Origin: Acanthaster planci
Lineage: Eukaryota
Direction of reading: 5' to 3'
Length of the DNA: 64,000 nt
NCBI RefSeq assembly: GCF_001949145.1
Contig: NW_019091355.1
Location: 2,193,107 to 2,257,106, forward strand
Position 1 is the first letter of the stretch; every line of letters starts with the position of its first letter. The translations under genes were made by a program, and so were the position numbers. Shown here one piece after another: positions 35,520 through 47,975 of this stretch. The notes under the pieces are model-generated. The model saw only the letters and a program-made list of their open reading frames with translations, had not been told where the DNA came from and searched no databases.

Positions 35520-38500
35520 CTTGTAACAAGGGTTGGGTTTTAAGGCATGCATGTAGGTCTACAGATGTACTGTACGTAGCCTTGGTTAATCAATACATGT
35601 AGCAACAGGTGAACTGTAAACAGGCTACCTCTGGACAGTGTGCCATTGTAACTTGAAGGTATCGTTCAGTCACCTTTTGCAGGAATGATAAAAGTTCAGT
35701 TGAAATCACAAAGACAAAAATCTCTTGAATGCAGCGGTGCAGCGTTTGTTATCACACGCTGCAAGGCTTAGTCAACTCTGTTTCTTTTCTTGTATTGCCT
35801 TTTCTTCTTTTTTCTCTCCCTTCCACATTAATTTCCAGGCGGTGAAATTGAACTGTCTGCTTGTATCAAGTAGCAAATCACTCAAGGAACTACTGGGCCT
35901 CAGCGCAAACAACGGCACTCTCTTGTTTAACACGGCCGGCCCATGCTGGCATGGAGCATTATTCAGCGCACACAACCCCTGCAACACTCCGGGATAGGTT
36001 GTCAGTTACAATTTATCAACATAGCCTTTCCCTGTGCAAAAAATAATCATAAATTCAACAAACGGGCCAGGCGTCATGTGAGTGTATTCAGGGGAAGTAA
36101 AAATACACCCCCCCTTCCCTTTTTTGGGGGGGTGTTAGAATCTATTCTTTCTTTTTCTTCTTCAGAGTGAGTTATTTATTGAATAGGACAAAGGAATGAA
36201 ATCTTCCAGGCCTTGTCAGGCTAAATTGCCCAGAGATAGCCGGTGGGATCGATCAGCGTTAACACGATGCTGCAAATTCACAGTTCGTGTAGTGCCTTTT
36301 GTTGACGCTGCTGTGTACATGAACACGTACCTGTACTCAGTACACAAGGCCGGCACTAACCCCCTTGAGTTGTGTACCAAGCACCAACTGCATTGACTTT
36401 AGGCACAGCTGCAAAGTCCCCCCCCCCTAAAAATACAGGGTAGAGGTACAGGCACACATTTGGCCTTGAATCCAAAAGCAAAAATCAGTTAACTACATTG
36501 TAGAAATCACAAGTCAATTCGATTATAACATACATGTACATGAACATGCAAAGGATTGGCACTACTACTGGTTGGAGAATTTAAGAGGGTTTTCATTGAT
36601 GAGCAATACTTCCAGAGAATAGGGCAAATGAGGAGTTTTGCATAGTGGATGATAGTAGCAATATTAGATGAAGTTTGCCAGTAGCACCTTGTGGAATCTT
36701 GTCGGGAGCGAGCGGTGTTCTAAAAAAGAATCGGTGGACTAAAACAGTAGTTGTGTGAAACTTGCACTTTGCGTAACATTGCGTAAGTCAAAAGTACCTG
36801 AACTGTTGGAAACCACAGTGCTGCCACTTTGAAATTGACAGGTCTAACTTGTTTACATGCATCAGAAGCTGTTCGCATGTGATTTGTAGCTATGTTGTCA
36901 CAACCATAATGACATTTTTTTGCCAATGAAATCAACAGACACATTTTCAGGTCAGAGGACTACATGTACATATGTTTTTTTCATCCAACAGCAGTGACTG
37001 CAAAACTTTCTGTGTTAATTTCATATCCAGGAATGCAGCTCTTGGACTGAGGCACGTGACAGTGATTTCCTTTTTCAAAGATCTCTTGTGCATGGCCACA
37101 AACACGATTGAAAAGAGAGTTAAATTTCAAACAGCATGAGATTTGAGCGACACACCTGTCATGTTTATTTCTTTTGCTTTGTGCTCTCTTGTAACATGAT
37201 GGTGTAATTGATTCAGGTTTGATGTGGTTGAGAAACGCGTATATACATATATGCGAAAACTGTCAGAGTACATGTACCTTTTGTGGTACATTGAACTTGG
37301 ACAACATGGTACAAGTTTGTCCGTAGCACTAATGGTGAAGTAAAAAACTGTTGAGACATTTTCACAATCAATACATGTTCATGTACTTGTTGATAAGACT
37401 TGAAGCTTTGGGTTTTAATGCTAGTGCCTTGGGATAAAGAGCATTTTGAGTTTTGCTCAACAAAATGCCTTGCATCTAGCCAAAGTGGTGGCCATCTAAA
37501 TATCCAGGAAGTACATTCATCCAGCAAGTGAGGTTTCATGTTCAGGACGACAATTAAACCAAACACGCAGGTCTGCAAATGTGTATCAATAAAGCCTGTG
37601 GGAATGGGGGGGGGGTTGCAGTGGGTGCTGAAGCACCTGTAACTTTTTTGGACCAAGGTGCTGGTGTACAAAATAGCACCCCCAACTTTGACCATGTTAA
37701 GCCACAAACATAATCAAACTCACCAATGTCAGAGATCCATCGAAAAACCCTAGATATTTATGATTACACAACCTCAGCACCGGCTAAGAAAAATGTGCAT
37801 CAATCGTCTCAACTCCTTTGAAGTGCAGTTTAAGGCTTGAGGGACAGTGCTACACAAATACATGTGCATGTTCACCTCCTTGGATGTGTACATTGTTGGG
37901 AACTGGTGTTCCTCCAGAGTTGATGTACAGGTATATGAGCACAGAATGAACCACCTGTCTTTCAGCAAAGTGGACAATTGTGACCTGTCACCACAAAATG
38001 AGCTGAAAGTTGGAATTTTCAAAACTGAGATGTTGGTATTTTTTAATTCAGTAGATAGATCGCTTTCCAGTGGTATGTACATGGAACACTTTGGGTAAAA
38101 GTAGGGTCTATAAGTTGACAATGTGGCATTATTCTGGCAGCTTTGTGTCTTTGTTCCCGACATTGTTTCAACATTTCAGACCAGGCACAAACAATAATAC
38201 TATCGTCAAACTTGCAGAGAAAATGACATTCTTAAATATGTGATTCTGCAAAATATTTGGAATCAAACAGGAGACAGGTTACCCTTTTCAAATATTACAA
38301 AACAAAAAATTAACCTCCACTTTAATATGACTTTGAACCCTCAAAATAGGAAAGAGCAGGATGTGACTTTACTCTTATTCTGTCGTGTTAGGTCACAATT
38401 TCAGGGGTCTCAAGAAGGGGTTCCCGACAAAAATGTCCAAGGACAAGAGTTCACCGAACAAATGCATACATACGTAATATGTATGCACGTACATGTACAC

Positions 38501-39248
38501 ACAATGCCATCGAACCCTGCATTATGTGGACTTCTTTTGCGCAGAAGTCCACACTATGTATGCCACGCCTGCACACAGTAACCCAAGCTGTGAGAACACT
38601 ACCTTGAAGGTGGGAAAAGATTGAGGATAAATTAGAAAAATGTACGGGTACAGCATGTCCTAATAACATCTGAGCAAAAGTACATGTGCAGGTGCAACTG
38701 CACATGTACCATTCCAGCATGCATAATCAATTACACAGATTGACGGTGACATTTAATCAAGACCTCATAGTGCCTTGTACTCTCCGCTTCATTAAAAATC
38801 AAAAACGGTGGATGTACTCTGTAAAAGAGCAGTCATTTCAGATTCATTTCATGTAGTGGATATGGGTTAACCCCATCTGTACTTTAGAAATGTCACGGTG
38901 CAAACATGTTTATGATGAGCTTGTGTGTGTTTGTACGCAATACATAGATGAAAGTGAGCAGGGTACATCATGGCTCTGTAATTGAATCAAGAGTTACGCA
39001 TATAAACACACATGTACATGTACTTCTGTGTACCGGGTACACGTGTACCTTTAGTGTACATGTACGTACATGTACATGAACATGTATCAACGGGTATCTT
39101 ATCTTTGCAAAGTACATGTGTGCATGTATGACTGCAAGAATAAACTTTGCCACACATGTCACACAATGGATTTCCCTCAGGATCACACTTCCACGTAAAG
39201 ATACACGGTTCCAATGATGCTGGATAACTGTGCTTACAGAAGGCAGAG

Positions 39249-39464
39249 AATACTAAGCGGTATACAGGTACAAAGGTTTTATGCTTAGCAAGTCTGCACT
39301 GTAATACTAACCGGTATACAGGTACAAAGGATTCATGCTTAGCAAGTCTGCACTGTAATACTAACCGGTACACAGGTACAAAGGATTCATGCTTAGCAAG
39401 TCTGCACTGTAATACTAACCGGTACACAGGTACAAAGGATTCATGCTTAGCAAGTCTGCACTGT
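39249..39464. repeat. Minisatellite, 4 x 54 bp
   Basis: Unit aatactaaccggtacacaggtacaaaggattcatgcttagcaagtctgcactgt repeated head-to-tail; the last two units are identical. Confidence 0.95.
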
Positions 39465-42380
39465 ACATTCTCTTCAGGTTGGGTTTTACTTCAGGAAACC
39501 TTTGGGCATGTGTGGTGTACATGTACAACTCTCCTGCTGGCAAGTTTCAATCAGCGGCCTAAGGCTAAACGTAGCCTTAATGCACATTTTTACAGCAAAA
39601 ATGCTCTTATATGCAGTGCTGAGTACTTTTTTTTGCCAATTACTTAGGAATTGGAGTGAAATTTGTAAATATTGGCAAGCTAGTTACACTGGCAATGGAA
39701 CAACAGAATGCTAAAATAGCATAATTTGGAGAACGTGCCAGACAGAGCGCAATTTTCTGGTACCGTGGAGTCTGTGGTGTTGTGACTGAGATGTACATGT
39801 ATTAACCCTTCCCTAAACCGCTTTTAATTACAACAAACTCCAACTCCAGCTGAGAAAATGGCTTGCGGGAAAATGTGATCATAAGTCTTATAGTCGAAGG
39901 AGAAGAGAAAAAAAGACGATTCACTGAGATGAGCAATTATGATTTCCACTTAGGCTTGCAAGAAAACCAAAATCTTTGCTGGAGGGAAAGCTTGGGCTTT
40001 TAAAGAACTTGCTAGAAGCAAGAAAAAAAAGGGGGAATGGAAGAAAGATTCCTTCTGCCCAATAAATTAAATTGCAAATCCAAACCTGGAGACAGGCAAA
40101 GGAAAAGAAGATTAAGCGATAAGGAAATTGGACAATATTTCCTCAAGAGGCTGGGAAAGCAAAATTTAAGAGAACTCGTAACTGATGATTGACTTGCGGC
40201 ACAGGAGCAGTTACTCAGCAGTTCTTGACGGAACTCTGCTTCTCTTCTGATTCGGCTCAAACTCAACGTGCTTTCTTTCTTTCTTTTTCTATTTTTGTGT
40301 CCTCAAAGTTGCGAGCACTGCCCAAGATTTGGATGATATGCTGGGTTTTAAGAACAATTTTTTTGGCAGCGTTTGGCAAATTAATCTCTTGTTTTTCACT
40401 TTTTCCACGAATCTGCCCGCAGGTAAGAGAACTTGAAAGCCTCTGTACAACTCAAGAAATGTCAGGCATTCTATTAACCACCAAGATAAAATACACACTT
40501 CATAATGCTCATGAGTATTACGGTCTTATCCCAAGTCACATCCTATCAGAGTCAAGGGGATTACATGGATAACTTAAAGCCAATGGGATCCAGACAGCTT
40601 CCTCTCAAACCAATTTCTTGTCGAGCTTTTTTATCCTCTATAAATCCATCACGGCATATATGTATCACGGAAACTACATGGGCTACAGTGGACATGAGTA
40701 GTCATGTAATAAAAATGTGCCAGCTTTATTAGCCCTATGCCTTTTATACAAGGATTTCATTAACGTGGCCATGTGAGAGAATTATTTTATAACCCTTGAT
40801 GTTGTACCGTTTTTTGTTTTGCTAGTTTAGTCTACATTTTGGAGCCTCTTTGGTGCTATGCTATGAACATTAGCATATTCATAAGGAAAATTGGGAAGTC
40901 ATCTGAGGTTCATTCAGTCAGGGTAGGATACTCTGAGTACTCAATTCATCTGCACAACTCTGGCAAGGTTCTTACCCTATTTTCAAACAAACGGCACTCA
41001 CACATCATTTCCTACAGCGTCTGCATGGAACATGGAAGTACACACGTAGAAAGGACAACATCTCAAGCCAAGGAGATGATGATGGGACAGGGAAGGAGAA
41101 AGCAAATGCTGCCATCCTCTCACCTCACAGGCGTTCTCCATCCCGGAGAGGTTGTGTTTAACACTTAAGGGACAGTCTCTCTTTGGAGGAGAATGCTCTA
41201 CCCACCTCCTCCTGGATGTGGTATTATGCATGATCATCTCCTCTCAGCTGTTGACTGAGGGAGGAGATCTCTCCCCAAGGCCAGGCCATCTTTATTTGCA
41301 GTGTGCCCAGTAATTGTGTTCTCTTGCTTTGAGTTAATCTACTTGGCGCCTGTCTCCCCCCCCCCAAAAAAAAGCAGGTCAGGATGTACATGTGTATTGA
41401 ACTCCAAAAGATGTTTTCAGAGAACAGATGCTGAGCATGGGAAGAGGTGGAGGTTGCTAAGTGATTGCAAAACTGGAGGCTGCACGCGAAGAAAGACCAT
41501 CTTTGACCAGACAGCCATCTTGCATTAACTTGACAAAGCTGGGGGGAGGGAAGAGTGAGGGAATCTTCGACGAAACAAGCGTGACATTTGAGATCCAAAT
41601 TGCGGTGGGGGAAAAATGCCCACGGATGCTGTGCCAACTGTGCCGAGTGTTTGTTCACAGTCCGTCAAGAGCATTCCCCTGTGTGTACAGAACGTGATTT
41701 TCCACTGGTTTCCCTTACGCCTCTGCCCAAACCATGGCAGTTTACAGAACATTACGAAGTGTTTGTACGGTAGATGTAACCGGCAGTGGGACCAAGATTC
41801 TGGGCCGAGGCTGAAGTGATGGGACAACAAGCGGAGCCCCCCTCCCCTCGTCTGTGCGCCCACTCATTCTGATATGTTTGCAGACTCTGGTTCCGGTATA
41901 CATCAGAAACACAGGCGAAAAATCAAGGCTTAAGAAATACCTGCTCACCTGCAAATACAGGTACATGAAAAATGTTTGTACCTCTAGTGCATTACTGTTG
42001 ATACGAAGCAAAATTTAAACAACTCTTGACTGCTGTGGTGTAGGACATGACGTTTTGAATGGCCTTGCAAGTAGGTGTGCATAATGCCCTCGGCAAAAAT
42101 TCTTGACGTCTTGATAATAGTTTCCCTCTTGCTTTTCAGAGACAAAAGGAGCTTCAAATGACTTACATTATGCAAATGAGTATTAACATTTAGCTACTGG
42201 TATCCTTGCATTCTCCTGTACATGAGGGGGAACAGACGTGTGCATGCACATGACATCATACGTCCCTGGCTAATGCGATGTCCAACAGTGACTATGACAT
42301 GCGGTTAAGTTGCCCTGTCACGTGATCCCTCTGGGCCAATGAAAAAACAAACAAAACCCACTATTCCAGACTGAGGCGTG

Positions 42381-42412
42381 ACAAGTCCACAAGTCCACAA
42401 GTCCACAAGTCC
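42381..42412. repeat. (acaagtcc)4 tandem repeat
   Basis: Direct reading of the sequence. Confidence 0.9.
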
Positions 42413-42932
42413 ATGTATAAAGCCGAACAGAAACAAGGAGACATCAAACATCACATGTGTTGACATCTACACATACATGTCTGTATGTATGTAGCTACTG
42501 TCAGCGTTTAAGTCCTCAGACGTCAACCAGACTCATGACAAGCTATTCAGATGGACTACGACACAAGGCATTCCACGGCCATTATTCACAGCCCGTTGCT
42601 CATGCCGCGATTTGTGAGTTGGTATGCAATTGAATTTTGATTCCCTAACAGCTGCAGGAAAAATAATTGATGTATAACTCTGAACTGACGGCCAAAAACA
42701 CAGTCTTCACAAACAATGCTGTATTTGAAAATAACATTTTCATTTAACAGAAGAACCGAACAGACTGATAAGAGACACCAGCCTATACCATGTGTACGTG
42801 ATGAATGGTTAAACGTTCACGAACATGTACATGTACATGCACCTGTACATCTTCTGAGGTTGATTCAAGATGAAACATTAAGCGTTAATAGGAATCTTTC
42901 AAATGGTTGGAAGGAAGGGCTCAAGTAGTGTC

Positions 42933-43152
42933 GGGGTCTGTTGGGGTGTGTATTGTAAGCCCGGCGACTCAAAAGTCCGAATTTTTGGACTTACGAGGCA
43001 CCTGACTAAGGAGGCATCGGATCTTTGGGCTGAAATAAACTAATAACAAATCATCGCACTTTTGAGGCATCTGACTTATGGACTTTTTTACTGCATTTTT
43101 TGGACTTATGAGGTGTCGGACCTATGAGGCGTTGCACTTATGAGCTGACCCC
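42933..43152. mobile_element. Decayed non-autonomous DNA transposon with reiterated gacttatgagg subterminal motifs
   Basis: ggggtc / gacccc termini and several gact(t/a)a(t/c)gagg copies toward the right end; no TSD seen. Confidence 0.45.
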
Positions 43153-46100
43153 ATTTGTTGTAGTATGAGTTCTAGTCTGACGTTAAGAGTATTTTCTGAA
43201 TACTAGACATCTTGTGTAAAGCATTTCTTGTTTTGGACCTCAAGATGGCCCTCTTTTGGGAAATGAAGGCCATGTCCGCATTACCTGGCCACTGCCACTA
43301 ATGACACAGTATGGAGTAAATGGAATAAGCATAAAGCCACAAGCTGGAAGGTTCCTTAGACACGTGTTGTTCCAAGCCCTTGCCCCATTATTCAGACATG
43401 GCCCAAGTTGAGCAGCTATCTCAGACCCCGTGCAACTGTCCCGTGCCGGTCAAGCTTCACACTCTCGCCTGCCAACTTGTCTAGACCCGTGTCTTCCAGG
43501 CAATAAGCCTCTCCTTTTAAGTGCCCTTTCAGACTGGTTGTTTCATCCACAGGCGCGGAAACTTGAGACAAGATCAATACCCCAAACCAGGCTTTCTTCT
43601 CCCCTTCTTTCAACATATTTTTTCACCTGGAATGTCACTGTGCCCAGACAGAAAAACATAGGGAAAAAAAGAAAAGGGAAAAAAAACAACCATCAGGCCA
43701 CTTCCACTCGGACTTGTCAAGTCAATCCATGCTAGAGTGAGAGCAGAAAGTATGGTAGCTGGCTGGGGACTGCATGAGAAGTTGTTTGGGGAAGTACAGT
43801 GACCAGGCGAGTGATATTTTAGATGTTTGTCCAAAATTAGGTGTTGTTTGTGTAACACACCATGAATTAAACATGGTCTGACGACTCCTTATCTGGTTAT
43901 GCACTGTACATGGAGGCCTACATGTACATGTACACATCCATTACGTGCACAATGTTACTCAGCCTTCTTGTAATACTGCTTGAGCGTCGGTGCACGCATG
44001 AACAAGTACCAGTACACATACATTTCCATTCTGGCATATTTTGAATACATTACGTGTGAGCTTGTCATTCTAATATGGGAGAACATTTCTTCAAGGGAAG
44101 TAGAATGTACCGAGTGCATAGAAACGGCTTTCCTGTTCAATTCATCGCCCGTTTTCTTTGATTGGGCGACAAGTTTGAGTTTTCATGCTATAAGCATGAT
44201 ACCATTTCTTACATGTATTTTCTCAACTTACATGATGCTGAAACCTTACACACACGACCATTAGTACGTACGAGCATGATGCTATGCCTCTACACGTATG
44301 ATCCAGTGCACATGTGCATAAGCCATCACATTAACATACACGAGCATGTACTGTACATGTATGCACTATTACCATACTCAAGCATACAATGATTCATTGC
44401 GCATGGGTAAATGCAAGTCAGGGTGAATGTACGCCCCCCTCCCCAACATTTCACCGAGATATGGCATTCGTTTAAAGACCCTATTCAAAATTAGAAACGG
44501 CTCATGATGATTGCCTCTAGCACCACTTCGTTCTTCATTCCGCCAGACCTTTCATTTCCCTTCTTTTTTTCCCTTAAATTCTAGGTCAGGGGACAAAGTT
44601 CCCCACCAACGCAAAACTCAGGAGCCAGTAATTGGGCCACGCGTGGTATTTATTGGCTCAGAAAATATGAGAAGTACACACAGAGTGTGTGATATATGAT
44701 TTGTGTACACTGGGAGGGGTGTCAGTGTAATAGAAAGGCGACTGGGGGGGGGAGTAGAGTGGGAAGGGGAGGGAATGCAGATCCCGACCTGCATAATGCA
44801 GATGGATGATTCCGTCTGCAGCGTGGAAATTGATAAACTGGTTCTCGGGCGAGAGGTGGCTAAATGCTAAGCACTGAATCTCGTTAGCCACCACTTGGTC
44901 GATGAACCCTATCGAGGTTCATCTAGCAAAAAAAAAAAAAAATGGTTTGGGATTGCTCTCACTCCGCCCTTTTTGTGCGGGAGCCTCGGCTTGTAAATGA
45001 TGGCACAGTTTGAATTTATCATCAAGCGGCTGTGAAGAGGCAATGACCCAGATCTGTGGCGGCTTCAACTGCCCTGATTGAAATTTTGCTTCATTTCGAG
45101 GGGACTCCAGAGCACTCATTCCGTGTTTGGTGGGGGAAAAACAAATGCTTGTTGAAAGTACATTATTCAAACTCTGTCATTAACACATGTGTCAGCCTAC
45201 GGAAAGTGCACGTGTATCTTTCTTTGTCGGCACATGTAAAAACTGCAATGTAAACATGAAGGTGTATCACAATGCACAAGGAATTACTAGATTGTTTCGC
45301 GGTCCCAGCGAGTATTAACATAAAAGCCACTGCCTTTGGGAATAAGGTGAATATCAGTGATTTGTACATGCCACATTAAATATGCACATGTATGCTTGAA
45401 CCTGTACAACCCTTATTCATGAATTATACCACAGTGCAAAGCAAACTACGCAAGCCCTTCATCCACCCGCAAGTATGCAGCCTGCATTGCAGGGCCCAGG
45501 CCCTATATATATATTTCTAACATAGTTGGTTAATAATTACTTCTTTGGATGGGTATTGTGTTTTGGTTAGACTAGGGGCAGGTAAATGTAGGAACCTTGC
45601 AGAGGCTGCCAACAGCCATGGCGAGAAACCCCAGCACAGCTTTTCACCCTGGGCCCAGACAAGTGTTTACACAGGTTGATTAATTGGACCCCCACAATAT
45701 GAAACTGGAGCGCAGAGTGTTGGAGGAGGGCGACGACAACAGTGACTGATGTTGATTAAATATTGATGCAAACAGTGGCTCTCTATCGGGACTTAAGTCT
45801 TAAGAAAGCTGTCAAGGAATATCCCCAATACTATTAGATAAATGAACAAAAGGAAAATTATAACTGACTATTTTTAATACAAAAGTTCTTGAAATACAAA
45901 GTATTCAAATATTTGTATGGCTTTAACACCTACTTTCACTGAGATCTACATGTAAATTCATTCCACAATTTTTAAAGATGTGCCCACTCCAAACTTTTTG
46001 TTTGTAATAGTGAAATTACATGTACATTCCTCAATCTAATACATGTACATATACATGCTGGGGCCTTCGTTTGATAGGGCTGCAGTTTTCTCTGAGCCGC

Positions 46101-47480
46101 TCTCACCAAGTTTACTGCCAGTGCAAAATTATTCCCACTTCCAGCCTAGCAATGCTCAGCAACTGACAATTTGGGGGAAAGGAAAATCACCAGAGCTATA
46201 CAGACACCAAAGTTTGCCCGACCCCTCGAAGCTGAGCAGCCCAAACTGCGAAATGCAAGCTAGCCCCCACACATTTTCCAACAACCCCCCCTAAAAAAGC
46301 CCCCCCCCAAAGTAAAATTGCTCACACCCGTAGATTCAAACTTGCGATAAATGGTTTGATTCCCCAGGAAAATCCGTAAGGAAGTGAGGAAATCTTCAGA
46401 CTCCCGAGAAATGCCCCGGGGAGAGTTTCTCATTGATGACTTTCTCAAGATAAACCTGTTCCCCCTCAAGCCACGACACCAATTTGCATGTAGAATGGAC
46501 TATTCTGTTCTTTTCTTCTTCATATTAAGGAATAAAAGCGGTATATGCACATGTAGTGATAACCACTAGTGTGTGCTTTGAGGCTTTTCCTTCGGACACA
46601 TAACAGGACACATTATGATATAACTCTGGTCACACACTGTGGGCCCAACATGCACTTGATTGACAAGATTCTTTAACAGTTTCTCGTCAATATTATTTTC
46701 ACTGCCCGTTTGTTTTCATCCTCACAACGAGGATCCATCTTTCTTTTGTACAAGGAGTTGCTGGATAACTACCCCGATGTTGAATAAAACTGAAAAATCA
46801 AGCCGGGGGTATATTATTCAGGATGCAAGAACAGGGCCATAGAACAAGTTTGGGGATGGACTTGTAGTAATTGCCCAAACACAGTAGCATCTGGATGTGA
46901 CAATCTTGGAAAAAGGCACTACAATGTGAACTAAAATTAATACATATTGATACAGCGAATTCACAATACATAACACTGGTGAACTGACCCAGTTTTCAAG
47001 ATTACACTGCCTCTCTGTCTGGTTGTAGTGTGGTGGAGATTTCTATAAGGAATGCCTGTGATCCTCACATCCATCAGAAAGGTACATGCACAAGTGTATT
47101 TATTCGGCTCAGTGATTTTGTTGTTGCTAATGTCTCAAACAGGAAAACATAAATTCCACTGGAATTCTGATGTAAGAATACTACTCACTATGAAGCTGAT
47201 GTCATCTAGTTTTTACAAAAGTTGTCCCGAAGAAGTTTTACGTTTTATGTATCTCTTTTTTGCATAAACCACAGAGGATTTCCCCTCAGATGGCTGGTTT
47301 CCGTTTCCAAAGAGGAATTCCTTTTGTCACCTTTCCTCTTGTACTTTCAATGGAAAATCGCTGGCCCCGAGCTGAACTATGCCAGTGCACATACATGTTG
47401 ACACACAACCTGTATTTCAAAAACATGATTTGCTCTCCCTCCCCCCCCCAAAAAAAAATTTACAAGGCTGAAAAAAATTC

Positions 47481-47975
47481 TGACCTCTAAAGCTCTGTGC
47501 TAAAATAGCCCTGCAGTTGAATATGCCTTTTTTAAACCCAATCATTTAGTGTGTGGTGTAATATAGTACTGCACATGTACTGCTTAGGAGAGAAGGCATT
47601 TGGATCCTGTGCTCTGAATGTGTACTCAATCAAGCCAGCAGGAACTGTTCCACTCTCCAAGGCGCCTTCTTCGTTCCTGGGTCCTCCTAGGGTACATCGT
47701 GTCTATCTTTTCACCAAGTCACGGTTGGGCATTTCACTTTTTAACAGAATCCAATGATCCCTGGAGGCCAAATCTCTGATCTCACAAAGTGGCTTGTCTT
47801 GGGAGTCAGTTGTTAAACCCTAGGAACACAGTTGGCCTTTCAATTCACTGGACCTAAATGCCCTCTCTCCTAAGCAGTACATGTGCAGTTCTATTACGCC
47901 ACACACCAAATGGTTGGGTTATTAAAAGGCATATTCAACTGCAAGGACTATTTCAGCACAGAGCTTTAGAGGTCA
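47481..47975. repeat. Long inverted repeat: ~125-bp arms (47481-47607 and 47850-47975) with ~240-bp spacer
   Basis: Left arm tgacctctaaagctctgtgctaaaatag...gtactgcttaggagagaaggcattt is the reverse complement of right arm aaatgccctctctcctaagcagtac...gcacagagctttagaggtca, with scattered mismatches. Confidence 0.92.

Noticed and set aside
35170..35602. Cys/Glu- and Ser/His-rich repeat ORFs (metallothionein-like appearance)
   Set aside because: Translation artefacts of the gagtgtga/tcacactc repeat; open in several frames on both strands.
39249..39464. Regularly spaced repeats as a possible CRISPR array
   Set aside because: Units are contiguous with no unique spacers, the context is a eukaryotic intron, and there are no cas genes.
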